The translations under genes and the position numbers were made by a program. This document shows, one piece after another, positions 50,097-59,986 of a stretch of DNA of 64,000 nucleotides. The notes beneath the pieces are model-generated. The model saw only the letters and a program-made list of their open reading frames with translations, had not been told where the DNA came from and ran no database searches. This DNA comes from an uncultured delta proteobacterium (GTDB taxonomy: Bacteria > Desulfobacterota > Binatia > UBA9968), in contig CAWFJP010000002.1 of NCBI GenBank assembly GCA_963816145.1, positions 128,001 through 192,000 of the forward strand, given 5' to 3'. Each line of letters begins with the position of its first letter. The first letter of the stretch is position 1.

Positions 50097-51470
50097 ATGG
50101 CGGGCAAAATCGAAATCATGGAAACAGTCTTGCGTGACGCGCACCAGTGTTTGGTCGCGACGCGCATGCCGACCGAAGACATGCTGCCGATCGCAGCGGC
50201 GCTCGACGATGTCGGCTACTGGTCGCTGGAGACCTGGGGCGGCGCGACTTTCGATGCGACGCTGCGCTATCTGAAAGAATGCCCCTGGGAGCGCTTGCGC
50301 AAACTGCGCGCGGCCATGCCCAAGACCCGCTTTCAGATGCTTTTGCGCGGGCAAAATGTGGTCGGCTATAAAAACTACCCCGACGATATCGTCCAAGCCT
50401 TCGTGCAACGCGCTGCCGCCAACGGCATCGACGTGTTTCGCATCTTCGACGCCATGAACGATGTGCGCAACATGAAGACCGCCATCGAAGCCGGTCTCAA
50501 GACCGGCAAACTGGTCGAAGGCGGGGTCTGTTACACCATCAGTCCCGTGCACTCGCCAGATTATTTCCTGCATGTGGCGGAAAAGCTCGCCGATATGGGT
50601 GTGCAGATTATCTGCCTCAAAGACATGGGCGGATTGCTGGCACCTTACGCGGCTTATGAGATCATCAAGAAGATCAAGTCGCGCATCGCGCTGCCGCTGC
50701 ATTTGCATTCACACTGCACCGCCGGTTTGGCGCAGATGACTTACATGATGGCCATCGAGGCGGGCGCGGATATTCTCGATACGGCGATTTCGCCGTTCTC
50801 CCAAGGCACGTCCCAGCCGGCCACCGAGCAGATCGTCGCGGCGCTCATGGGCACGCCGCACGACACCGGACTGGATCTCGCCAAGCTCGCCAAGATCGCC
50901 GAGTATTTTTACCGCATCCGGCCGAATTACCGTGAGTTCGAGAGTCCGGTGAACAATCAAATCAAACCCGATGTTCTGATCTCGCAGATCCCCGGCGGCA
51001 TGCTCTCCAACCTGGTCGCGCAACTGCGCCAGCAAAAGGCCGAGGACAAGCTCGAAGCGGTGCTCGCCGAGATGCCCCATGTGCGCAAAGATTTAGGTTA
51101 TCCGCCGTTGGTGACGCCGACCAGTCAAATGGTTGGAGCCCAAGCTGCGCTCAACGTCATGACCGGCAAACGCTACTCCGTGGTCGCCATGGAGACCAGA
51201 AACTATGTCATGGGGCTATACGGCGAAGCGCCGGGCAAGATCGCTGAAGAGATCAAAGAAAAGGTGCTCGGCAAAAAAGAGCCGATAACCTGCCGTCCAG
51301 CGGATTTGCTGAAACCCGGGCTGGAAAAAGCCCGCAGCGAAGCCGGCAGCATGGCCAAGAGCGAAGAGGACGTGCTCACCTACGCGCTGTTTCCGGATAT
51401 CGCGAAGGATTACTTTCTGCACCGAGACAGTGGTGAGGGAATACAGCAGGCAGCTGGCCTAAGCCAATAG
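50097..51470 (+). CDS. Pyruvate/oxaloacetate carboxyltransferase (PycB/OadA/transcarboxylase 5S-like), no biotin domain
   Basis: LRDAHQ, WGGATFD, QMLLRG, LKDM, HSH, PGGM.SNL, PLVTPTSQ; no AMKM motif. Confidence 0.92.
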   Translation: MAGKIEIMETVLRDAHQCLVATRMPTEDMLPIAAALDDVGYWSLETWGGATFDATLRYLKECPWERLRKLRAAMPKTRFQMLLRGQNVVGYKNYPDDIVQAFVQRAAANGIDVFRIFDAMNDVRNMKTAIEAGLKTGKLVEGGVCYTISPVHSPDYFLHVAEKLADMGVQIICLKDMGGLLAPYAAYEIIKKIKSRIALPLHLHSHCTAGLAQMTYMMAIEAGADILDTAISPFSQGTSQPATEQIVAALMGTPHDTGLDLAKLAKIAEYFYRIRPNYREFESPVNNQIKPDVLISQIPGGMLSNLVAQLRQQKAEDKLEAVLAEMPHVRKDLGYPPLVTPTSQMVGAQAALNVMTGKRYSVVAMETRNYVMGLYGEAPGKIAEEIKEKVLGKKEPITCRPADLLKPGLEKARSEAGSMAKSEEDVLTYALFPDIAKDYFLHRDSGEGIQQAAGLSQ

Positions 51471-51528
51471 CAAATGCTTCTTGTCGGGAGTATTGCCATC
51501 CCGTCGCCTGCAATGGGCAGTTACCTGC

Positions 51529-52428
51529 CTAGATTATCTTATTTAGCGGATATTCGATAATTCCCACGGCTCCGGCTTCGATCAACTTCGGTATTAGATC
51601 GCGCACTTTGGTTTCTTCAAGCACGCTTTCGATGGAATACCACTTAACGCCTTTCAAATTGGGCGAAGGGTGGAGCGTCGCTACCGTAGGTGCGGTGATA
51701 CTGGGAATCAACTCAACAACTTTCTCCAGGCTGCCTTCGGGAACGTTGAGTTTGATGCCGACTTTGTTTTCGGCCGAGAGCGCGCCCAGTAAGAGCATTT
51801 TGATCTGCTCGATCTTGGCTCGCTTCCACGGGTCCTGCCAGGCGGTTTTATTAGCGATCAGTTGCGGGCAGGACTCCATGAGTTCATGGATGATGTGCAG
51901 GCCGGCGGCGCGGATGGTGGTGCCGGTCTCGGTAACTTCGACGATCGCATCGACGAGTCCCTCGGCGGCTTTCGCTTCGGTGGCGCCCCAGGAAAATTCC
52001 ACTTCCACGGGAATGTTCCGCTCGGCAAAATAGCGCTTGGTGAAGTTCACCATCTCGGTGGAAATCCGCTTGCCCTTGAGGTCTTCGATTTTCTTGACTG
52101 GCGATTCGCGCGGCACCGCCACGACCCAGCGGGTCGGGCGAAAGCTGGTTTTTGAATAAACCATCTCGCAGACGACTTGGATATCGGAGTTGTTTTCGAT
52201 CGTCCAGTCTTTGCCGGTGATCGCGACATCGAGGGTGCCCATCTCGACGTAGCGCGACATTTCTTGCGGGCGCGCCAGGCTGCAACGGATCTCCGCGTCG
52301 TCGATCGTCGGAAAGTAGCTTCTGCTGGACGATGAAATCTTCCAACCGGATTTTTTGAAGAGCTCGATGGTCATGCCTTCGAGGCTGCCTTTGGGGATGC
52401 CCAACTTGAGTTCTTTCTCGCCAGCCAT
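51529..52428 (-). CDS. hisG: ATP phosphoribosyltransferase (long form)
   Basis: [28 protein letters not shown]-terminal regulatory domain. Confidence 0.96.
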   Translation of the reverse strand: MAGEKELKLGIPKGSLEGMTIELFKKSGWKISSSSRSYFPTIDDAEIRCSLARPQEMSRYVEMGTLDVAITGKDWTIENNSDIQVVCEMVYSKTSFRPTRWVVAVPRESPVKKIEDLKGKRISTEMVNFTKRYFAERNIPVEVEFSWGATEAKAAEGLVDAIVEVTETGTTIRAAGLHIIHELMESCPQLIANKTAWQDPWKRAKIEQIKMLLLGALSAENKVGIKLNVPEGSLEKVVELIPSITAPTVATLHPSPNLKGVKWYSIESVLEETKVRDLIPKLIEAGAVGIIEYPLNKII

Positions 52429-52443
52429 ATGAAAGCCTTGTTC

Positions 52444-52827
52444 TTACTTTTTGTAAACTTCCTTGGGATCGAAGACGCGTTCGCCAATGACTTTCCAGTC
52501 GGCGCCCGCGCGTTGGCGGAAAAAACAGCTCTTGTAACCCTCGTGGCAGGCGGCGCCGCCGACCTGATGGACTTGAATCAAGATGGTGTCGGTATCGCAG
52601 TCGATAAAGGCGTCTTTAACTTCTTGAAAGTTGCCGGATTCCTCGCCCTTGAACCATGGGCCTTTGCGCGAACGGCTGTAGTAATGGGCTTTGCCGGTTT
52701 CCTGCGTTTTCTGCCACGCTTCCTCGTTCATGTAGGCGACCATCAGCACTTCGCGGCTTTCATGGTCCTGGACGATCACCGGCACCAAGCCATTGCCCTT
52801 GGCAAAATCGATTTTTACTTCCGACAT
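52444..52827 (-). CDS. hisI: Phosphoribosyl-AMP cyclohydrolase
   Basis: [33 protein letters not shown]. Confidence 0.96.
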   Translation of the reverse strand: MSEVKIDFAKGNGLVPVIVQDHESREVLMVAYMNEEAWQKTQETGKAHYYSRSRKGPWFKGEESGNFQEVKDAFIDCDTDTILIQVHQVGGAACHEGYKSCFFRQRAGADWKVIGERVFDPKEVYKK

Positions 52828-52899
52828 GGGAATTTTCTCCGAAACTGTTTAGCTAACATAGATGGGGGGGGGCTTCAACCAAAAGACGGAAAGGTGGAA

Positions 52900-52990
52900 A
52901 GGCAATAGGCATTAGGCATTAGGCACTAGAAAGACTCGCTCGACGGTTTCCGGTTCTTGCCATTGCCTATTGCCTAGTGCCTCATGCCTT
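52900..52990. repeat. Inverted heptamer-repeat hairpin (AGGCAWT/TGCCT)
   Basis: aggcaataggcattaggcattaggcactag ... ttgccattgcctattgcctagtgcctcatgcct. Confidence 0.85.
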
Positions 52991-53036
52991 CCCATAGATT
53001 GACTGCCCATCGTGCTGGGTTGTAAGATTGCCAGTA

Positions 53037-53846
53037 ATGTCGGAATTGATCGTAGTTTATGTAACCGTGGGGTCGGGCGAGGAGGCGGACCGCATGGCTC
53101 AAGCTTTGGTCGGCGAGCAGTTGGCTGCTTGCGTCAACCGGGTGCGCTCGATTCAGTCGGTGTACCGCTGGCAGGGCAAGGTCGAGCAGAACGACGAAGA
53201 ACTGTTGATCATCAAGACTCGCCGGCAGCTTTTCCCGGCTTTAGAAAAGCGTGTTAAAGAGCTGCACAGCTATTCGATTCCCGAGATTATTGGATTGCCG
53301 ATCATCGAGGGCAGCGCGGACTACTTAACTTGGCTGCGCGAGCAGGCCTTGGCCAAGCCGCCGCAGGAGGAAAATATCCGCACGGTTAGAGAGGTCTCTG
53401 CCGGCGGAGTGATCTACCGGCGCAGCGGCGAGTTGGCCGAAGTCGCACTCATTCATGTGCGCAACCGTTGGGGTTTGCCCAAGGGGCATGTCGAGGAAGG
53501 CGAGCGGGTGGAGGAAACGGCGCTGCGCGAGGTGCGCGAAGAGACCGGTCTTGAAGGCAAACTGGTGCGTAAGCTGGGCGACATTCGCTACTCCTACCGC
53601 GATAAATCCAAAGAGGGCGAGCCGATCCGGATTTACAAGCGGGTGCATTTCTATCTAATGCGTTATGTGCGCGGCGATGTGCGCGATCACGATCATGAGT
53701 CTGACGATGCCCGCTGGTTCGCCATTGAGCAGGCGATGAAGCAGCTCAAATTCGCCACCGAACGCAAGATGGTGTACCGCGCCATGACCATGCTGACGGC
53801 GCGCCCGGCGGCGCCGCAAATCCCGGCTGCGGAAGGCGGCGCCTAA
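53037..53846 (+). CDS. CutA-NUDIX hydrolase fusion
   Basis: CutA (LAACVN, SVYRWQG, HSYSIPEI) joined in frame to a Nudix box (PKGHVEEGE..EETALREVREETG). Confidence 0.88.
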   Translation: MSELIVVYVTVGSGEEADRMAQALVGEQLAACVNRVRSIQSVYRWQGKVEQNDEELLIIKTRRQLFPALEKRVKELHSYSIPEIIGLPIIEGSADYLTWLREQALAKPPQEENIRTVREVSAGGVIYRRSGELAEVALIHVRNRWGLPKGHVEEGERVEETALREVREETGLEGKLVRKLGDIRYSYRDKSKEGEPIRIYKRVHFYLMRYVRGDVRDHDHESDDARWFAIEQAMKQLKFATERKMVYRAMTMLTARPAAPQIPAAEGGA

Positions 53847-53928
53847 GCCGCAGCAAAAAATCTGTCAAACTTGCGGTTTTCATGTTATGGGCTAGCTAAC
53901 GACGTAGCCTCTTCGAGAATTTCTTACG

Positions 53929-55302
53929 ATGGCTGGTGAATCGACTGGTGTGACGTTTTCCGTGCCTTATGAAATGGCGGTGGTGCGGCCGTTGCGGCAA
54001 ACCACCGAACAGGAGCGGCAAACCGCTCTGGCCGAAGCCCACTACAACACCGAGCTCATTTCGCAGGAGCTCATTTATATCGACTTATCGACCGATAGCG
54101 GCGTGAGCGCGCGCAGCACCGCACAACTGGCGGTATCGGCGGCGGCGAATTCCGTCGAACCCGGCATGGGCCTGGCTTCGGAAGGAAGCGCTGCTCATGC
54201 CCGGCTCGCCGCAGAGGTTCAGCGATATTTCGGCTTCGATTACTTTGTGCCGACGACCCAGGGGCGCTCGGCGGAACGGATCTGGGTCAAGATCAATGTT
54301 AAACCCGGCAGCATCGTCGCCGGCAACATGCTGTTCCCGTCGACGCGCACGCATATCGAGATGAGCGGAGCGCAGATCACCGACGTGATCGGCGACGACG
54401 CTCACGATTTTCTTTCCGACGAGCCGTTCAAAGGGAATATCGATATTGCGAAGCTTGAAAGCCTGATCCAGAAAAAGGGCGCCGGGCAGATCAGCTGCAT
54501 TTATGTCGAACTGAGCGTCAATTCCTGCGGCGGCCATCCGGTGTCGCTGGCGAATCTCAGAGCCGTCCGGGAGATCGCGTCGGCGCACAAGATTCCGCTC
54601 TTTCTCGACGCCTGCCGAATCCTTGAGAACAGCATTCTCATAAAAGAGCGAGAAGCGGAGTTCCGGCAGCGGACGCTCGCAGAGATCGTGCGGGAAACCT
54701 GCGCCCTGGCTGATGGCGGAACCATGAGCGCGCTCAAAGATTTTCTCGTCGGCGCCGGCGGTTTTGTTTTTACCCGCGACCGCGCGAGTTACCAGAAGGC
54801 GGCGATGCAAAGTTTTCTTGACGGCGTCCAGCTTCCCGCCGGCGATATGGAATCGATCGCAGTGGCGCTGCCGGATATTTTTGCCAGCGACGCGCACGCG
54901 AAACAACGGGTAGAACAGGTGAAATATCTTTGGGGCAAACTCGCTGACGCCTTGCCGGTCCTGCGCCCGGCGGGCGGGCACGCCGTGTTCATCGATCTCA
55001 AGATGTTCTTCGCCGGGAACTCGCCGCCAGCCTTCGGCGCCGAAGCCCTGGCCGCTTATGTTTATCTAAAGAGCGGTATTCGCCTCACCAAGGGGCCGCC
55101 TTTGGCGCCAAGCCAAGCGGCCCGCGGCGCTGAGCTCTTGCGCCTCGCCGTGCCGGCGCGGAAATATTTGAACGGCCATATGGATGACGTCGCCAACGCG
55201 CTGGGCGACGCGTACGCGCACCGGCATCAGATCCAAGGACTAAAAAAACTTGACGATCCCGCGCGGTCGAAATACGATCCGGCGCATTTCGTCAATTTAT
55301 GA
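53929..55302 (+). CDS. Divergent tyrosine phenol-lyase / tryptophanase-family PLP enzyme
   Basis: YIDLSTDSG, QGRSAE, FKGNID, GG.PVS, DACR..EN, TMSALKD, GGHAVF, RLAVP.R.Y. Confidence 0.88.
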   Translation: MAGESTGVTFSVPYEMAVVRPLRQTTEQERQTALAEAHYNTELISQELIYIDLSTDSGVSARSTAQLAVSAAANSVEPGMGLASEGSAAHARLAAEVQRYFGFDYFVPTTQGRSAERIWVKINVKPGSIVAGNMLFPSTRTHIEMSGAQITDVIGDDAHDFLSDEPFKGNIDIAKLESLIQKKGAGQISCIYVELSVNSCGGHPVSLANLRAVREIASAHKIPLFLDACRILENSILIKEREAEFRQRTLAEIVRETCALADGGTMSALKDFLVGAGGFVFTRDRASYQKAAMQSFLDGVQLPAGDMESIAVALPDIFASDAHAKQRVEQVKYLWGKLADALPVLRPAGGHAVFIDLKMFFAGNSPPAFGAEALAAYVYLKSGIRLTKGPPLAPSQAARGAELLRLAVPARKYLNGHMDDVANALGDAYAHRHQIQGLKKLDDPARSKYDPAHFVNL

Positions 55303-57080
55303 ATCACCCTGATCTAGCCGCTACCGGCCGTCATGTCGGCCAAATCTTTTTCCAACGGGCCGCCGAGTTGGGCGACCGGACCTTTATCAAGCTGCAAAAA
55401 GGCGAGTGTTTCGAAGAGATCTCGTGGCGCGCGTTTGCCGCCATGGTGAGTCACGCCCTGCTCGGGTTATGCGGGCTCGGCATTTTGCCCGGTGATACGG
55501 TCGCAATCATCGGGGAAAATAGCTTGGCGTGGCTTGCCGCCGACATGGCGACGCTCGCCGGCGGATTTACCAACGTGGTCATCTCGCCCAGTCTTTCCGA
55601 TGTCATGTTCGCCAAGGTGCTCGGTCATGCCGGCTGCCGAGCCGCGTTTGTTCAAGATGCGATTACTGCCGGTCGCCTGCTCAATCTTCAGGGGCAGTTG
55701 CCGGCGTTGCAGCAGTTGATCGTCCTGGACGACAGCGGTGCGTCTGTGCCCAATGCGCTCAACTTCAATCAGCTTGCTGCAATGGGTGCTGCCGCCGGCG
55801 GCGGTCGATCCGCCACGCTTGTCGAAGCGGTGCATGGCGGCGATTTGGCGACGATCATGTATACCTCCGGTTCGACCGGTGAGCCCAAGGGAGTCATGCG
55901 CACCCAAGACAACCTGATCGCCAATATAACCAACGGCGGCCCCCTTACCGTCAGCGGCCCGGAGGAATTGACGGTTAACGTGCTCAGTTTAAATCATCTG
56001 TTCGGCCGCTTCGGCTTTCTCAAAAGCGCCGTGACCGGCCGAACCACGGCGCTCGTCGAGGCGGCGGAGACACGAGTAGACTTACCCGTGATCGAACAGC
56101 TGGCGCCGACGGCGTTGGCCGTAGTGCCGCGGGTGATGGAAGGGATTTGGGCTAGTCTGCTGGCTCAGGACGGCGCGCAACAATTGTGGGACGAGTTGGA
56201 AAATCTTGACGCCAAGATGTCTGCTGGCGCGGTCAGCGATCGCGCGACCAGTCACGTTGAGGAATTGAAAGGCCAACTCAAAGTGATCGTTCGCCGCGCC
56301 CTCGGCGGACGGATCCGGTATATCGCCTATGCCGGCGCGGCCATGCCGCCGCGGATCATGCGATTTTTCGAGTTGATCGGCATCCCGCTGATTGGCTCCT
56401 ACGGCTCCACCGAGTGCGGCGGGGTGACTCTCTGCGGCATCGGCGAGAACCGTCCGGGCAACCTGGGCAAGCCGTTCGCCAATGTGCAAATTAGCATCGC
56501 CGCCGACGGTGAGATCCTTGTGCGTGGTCCCACCGTATCGCCGGGCTATTTCAAAAATCCCGAAGCCACTCGCGAGGCGTTCGACGAAGAAGGCTGGTAT
56601 CACACCGGCGATTTAGGCCGCCTCGAAGCCGATGGATCGCTGCGTATCACCGGCCGGAAGAAAGATGTCTTCAACTGCGCGGATGGCTCGAACATCTATC
56701 CCGGCTTCATCGAACTACAGCTAGAAAACGAGCCCTTTATCAGCCAAGCGGTGTTGCTGGGCGATCGCCGGCCGTTTATCGCGGCGTTGATTTTTCCCGA
56801 CCGCCAAAGGATTACCGAATCGCTCGGTCGTGATATAGCATTTTTGTCGGACGCGGAAATCACCGCGGCATTGTGGCCGCAGATCGAGCGCGTCAATGGC
56901 CGCCTCGAAGCGCACGAACGGATTCGTCAGATCGTCGTTATGCCCAGCGGGTTTTCCGCCGAGGTCAGGAGTATCAACCATTTTCAAAAGATCAAAGTGA
57001 ATCGCGAACAGGTCGCGGCGCGCTTTCGGCAACAGATCGACGCTATTTATGCGACGGCGCCGGCGGGAGGACAACATTGA
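55299..57080 (+). CDS. AMP-dependent long-chain acyl-CoA ligase-like enzyme
   Basis: YTSGSTGEPKG, YGSTE, GWYHTGD, ITGRKKD; ATGA-coupled to the upstream gene. Confidence 0.92.
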   Translation: MNHPDLAATGRHVGQIFFQRAAELGDRTFIKLQKGECFEEISWRAFAAMVSHALLGLCGLGILPGDTVAIIGENSLAWLAADMATLAGGFTNVVISPSLSDVMFAKVLGHAGCRAAFVQDAITAGRLLNLQGQLPALQQLIVLDDSGASVPNALNFNQLAAMGAAAGGGRSATLVEAVHGGDLATIMYTSGSTGEPKGVMRTQDNLIANITNGGPLTVSGPEELTVNVLSLNHLFGRFGFLKSAVTGRTTALVEAAETRVDLPVIEQLAPTALAVVPRVMEGIWASLLAQDGAQQLWDELENLDAKMSAGAVSDRATSHVEELKGQLKVIVRRALGGRIRYIAYAGAAMPPRIMRFFELIGIPLIGSYGSTECGGVTLCGIGENRPGNLGKPFANVQISIAADGEILVRGPTVSPGYFKNPEATREAFDEEGWYHTGDLGRLEADGSLRITGRKKDVFNCADGSNIYPGFIELQLENEPFISQAVLLGDRRPFIAALIFPDRQRITESLGRDIAFLSDAEITAALWPQIERVNGRLEAHERIRQIVVMPSGFSAEVRSINHFQKIKVNREQVAARFRQQIDAIYATAPAGGQH

Positions 57081-57820
57081 GTCAGGTAGCTTTGATTACG
57101 GGCGGGGGCGGCGGCATCGGCGGCGCGGTGGCCCAGCGCATGGCCGCGGCGGGAATTATCGTCGTCATCGCCGATTACGATGGCGGCGCGGCGGAGCGAG
57201 TTAAGGGCGAGGTCGCCGCGGCCGGCGGCACAGCCGATGCTTTGGCGATCGACGTCACGGTGGCGCGCGAAGTCAAAGCGGTGGTCACCGATGTCGCCAA
57301 GCGCTATGGGCGCATCGATATCTTGGCAAACATCGCCGGCGGCAGCCGTTACACGAAACGAGTCGAAGAGTTTACCTGGGCCCAGTGGAAAGAGGTGATC
57401 GACGCCAATTTGAAAGGGACGTTTCTCATGTGCCGCGAAGTGGCGCCGATCATGCAGAAACAGAAGAGCGGACGAATCATCAACACGGCATCGAATTACG
57501 GCGTCACCGGATCGGCATTGCGCACGCCCTACGCCGCAGCCAAGGCCGGCATCATTACTTTCACCAAGTCTCTGGCCTTGGAGCTGGCGCCGGATCTCGT
57601 GCTCGCCAACACCGTCGCGCCGGGACCGACGGACACGCCGCGGGTGATGGAAAAGGAGTCCCCCGAAGCGCGCAAACAGCGCTGGTGGTCGCAGATCCCG
57701 CTCGGGCGCACGGCATTGCCGGAAGATTTGGCCGAGATGTATTATTTTCTCACCACGCCGGAGAGCGCAGCGATCACCGGACAAACCTTTCACGTCAACG
57801 GCGGGGTGGTGATGCCATGA
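57077..57820 (+). CDS. Short-chain dehydrogenase/reductase
   Basis: TTG start (GGAGG SD) overlapping the ligase stop; TGGGGGIG, YAAAK. Confidence 0.92.
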   Translation: MSQVALITGGGGGIGGAVAQRMAAAGIIVVIADYDGGAAERVKGEVAAAGGTADALAIDVTVAREVKAVVTDVAKRYGRIDILANIAGGSRYTKRVEEFTWAQWKEVIDANLKGTFLMCREVAPIMQKQKSGRIINTASNYGVTGSALRTPYAAAKAGIITFTKSLALELAPDLVLANTVAPGPTDTPRVMEKESPEARKQRWWSQIPLGRTALPEDLAEMYYFLTTPESAAITGQTFHVNGGVVMP

Positions 57821-58566
57821 GACTCAAGGATAAAGTTGCGGTAGTGACCGGCGCGGCGCAGGGCATCGGCCGGGCGACGGCGCTGATGATGGGGCGCGAA
57901 GGCGCGAAATTGGTGGTTGCGGATCTCCAGGGCGAGAAAGCGCAGTCGGTGGCCAATGAACTCGCGGCGCTGGGTGCCGAGTCGCTTGGCGTCGCCGTCG
58001 ATGTGGCGAGCGAAACGTCGGTCAAACAAATGGCCAAAGCGACCTTCGAGCGCTTTGGCCGCGTTGACATCCTCGCCAACATTGCGGGAATTTATTTTCC
58101 GAAAAAATCGGTGGTCGACCTGTCGGAAGAGGACTGGGACCGCACCATCAACATCAATCTCGGCAGCAATTTTCTCTGCTGCCGCGAATTCGTCCCAGCC
58201 ATGCGCAAGCAAAAAAGCGGGCGCATTATTAGCGTCGCCTCCGGCATCGGCCACTACGGTATGCGCCAGTTCTCCCATTACGCGGCCTCCAAGGCCGCCA
58301 TTATGGGGTTCGTCAAATCTCTTGCCCGTGAAGTCGGTCCGGATGGCATCACCGTCAACGCCATCTGCCCGGGCTCGGCCAACACCTCCATGCCGCGCCA
58401 GCATCGCTCCGAGGAAGAAGTCTTGGAGCGTCTGCAGGCCACGCCACTGCCGCATGTCCTCGAGCCCGAAGACATCGCCGGTTCCATCACGTTCCTCGCC
58501 AGCGACGCCGCGAAGTTCATCACCGGGCAGTCGTATAACATCAATAGCGGGACCTATATGTTTTGA
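57817..58566 (+). CDS. Short-chain dehydrogenase/reductase
   Basis: ATGA overlap; TGAAQGIG, YAASK. Confidence 0.92.
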   Translation: MRLKDKVAVVTGAAQGIGRATALMMGREGAKLVVADLQGEKAQSVANELAALGAESLGVAVDVASETSVKQMAKATFERFGRVDILANIAGIYFPKKSVVDLSEEDWDRTININLGSNFLCCREFVPAMRKQKSGRIISVASGIGHYGMRQFSHYAASKAAIMGFVKSLAREVGPDGITVNAICPGSANTSMPRQHRSEEEVLERLQATPLPHVLEPEDIAGSITFLASDAAKFITGQSYNINSGTYMF

Positions 58567-58577
58567 GCACGGACACG

Positions 58578-59296
58578 CACCACGAAGGACCAATACCGCG
58601 TCGTTACAACCGAAACTCGGAATATCTCTCGCAAAGACGCGAAGGCCGCAAAGGTCGGAATATAAGGGTGAAAATCATTCGTAAGAATGATTATCTTTCC
58701 GTTTCGAACTTGGCGACTTGGCGCCTTTGCGAGAGGAAATCTTGCTTCCGAGTGGTTCCAGCTTTCAGATCATTTGCGCAGGCCGCGCAAATTGTGAGCT
58801 TGGGTAATACAAGGGCCACAAAGTATGGGCGCGATTCGTCGCGCCCACGGATCGCAGCCCGAGATTGATTAACCGCAAAGCACGAAAAGCGATGGGGAGC
58901 TGTCATTTCGACCGAAGGGAGAAATCTTTCTGAGATCCATCTCTCTTCTTTCGGCATGACGGCTGCGCTGAATTTGTCATTTTGAGCGCAGCGAGAAATC
59001 TCTTCGACTTCCAGCCGCGGGACGGCTACGGCACTGAACCACGAAGTGTTCATGAGCTTACGCTCGTCTACAGAGTATGAAATTGCCGGCACCCCTCCAC
59101 AGGTTCTTTCATTGACCCGTCATGCAGGCGAGGCCGGCAGCCAAGGGAGGGAGGGGATGGATACCCGCTTTCGCGGGTATGATGGAGCTAGGCAATCTAG
59201 TGGTTCCGCAGATCATCTCCGGACGCGTATTCTCGACGGAGAGATTCTGGATTCTCTATCGGTAATAACCTAACCGCCTAACGTAAGGCGGTTAGG
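58578..59296. repeat. Cluster of stacked REP-like palindromic elements
   Basis: cgcaaag/ctttgcg arms (58626-58735), 37-bp repeat copy 2 (58902-58938), gtcattttgagcgcagcgagaaatct, cgtcatgcaggcg...gatacccgctttcgcgggtatga, and cctaaccgcct/aggcggttagg (59269-59296). Confidence 0.72.
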
Positions 59297-59434
59297 CTCA
59301 TGCCTCGGTCAAAAATTTCCAAACTGCGAATCGGTTTTACTGTCCAAGAACGGGAATTGTGCTACCGTCACGGTATCAACTGCCGTTATCTGTCACGACC
59401 GTAAGCGAAACAGCGGACGCAAAGGGGGATCGTT

Positions 59435-59986
59435 ATGGCTGCAAAAACAAACGAATTTGGTTTCGTCGAGTGCGCTGATCTGATCAACGGGCAGAAATAC
59501 GGTGCGGCGTTGAAAATATTTCAGCAAGCGGTGGCGAATTTCCTCGATGCCAAGACGACGCCCAAGCGCAGCGAGATCGCCCGGCAGTTGTTTCAGATCG
59601 GTTCAACCCTGGAGGAAACTTTGAAGCATGCCTTCGGCGATAAATGGGAGTCGCAGATTCCCCAATTCGCCGATGACAACAAGCTGCTCACCTGTTCTTT
59701 CTGCGGCAAGAATCAAAACGAAGTGGGCAAGCTAATCGCCGGCCCGTCGGTGCATATCTGCAACGAGTGTGTGCGCACCTGCGACGAAATCCTCACCAAG
59801 GAAAATATCGAGGAGACGGAAACCAAGTTGAAAGCCGCCGCCGGTGTGGCGGAAGAGCGGCTGTGCGGCATCTGCATGGAAGCGCGCGAGACCGACGAGC
59901 TGATCTTTTTGCCGCACGCGGCGTACATGTGCGCCAGCTGTTTGGAAGATATTCAACTCGTGCGCGACAAGCGCGAAGGGGCGTGA
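59435..59986 (+). CDS. Small protein with ClpX-type C4 zinc finger plus a second C4 site
   Basis: CSFCGK...V.KLIAGP.V.ICNECV..C, then CGIC...MCASC; no AAA domain. Confidence 0.82.
   Translation: MAAKTNEFGFVECADLINGQKYGAALKIFQQAVANFLDAKTTPKRSEIARQLFQIGSTLEETLKHAFGDKWESQIPQFADDNKLLTCSFCGKNQNEVGKLIAGPSVHICNECVRTCDEILTKENIEETETKLKAAAGVAEERLCGICMEARETDELIFLPHAAYMCASCLEDIQLVRDKREGA

Noticed and set aside
52864-52872. G9 homopolymer upstream of hisI as a phase-variation tract
   Set aside because: Intergenic, with no evidence that it lies in a promoter spacer; its length is also unreliable in an error-prone assembly.
58563-59273. Short ORFs 58563-58868, 58691-59092 and 59046-59273
   Set aside because: They are translations of stacked palindromic repeats with no protein-like features.
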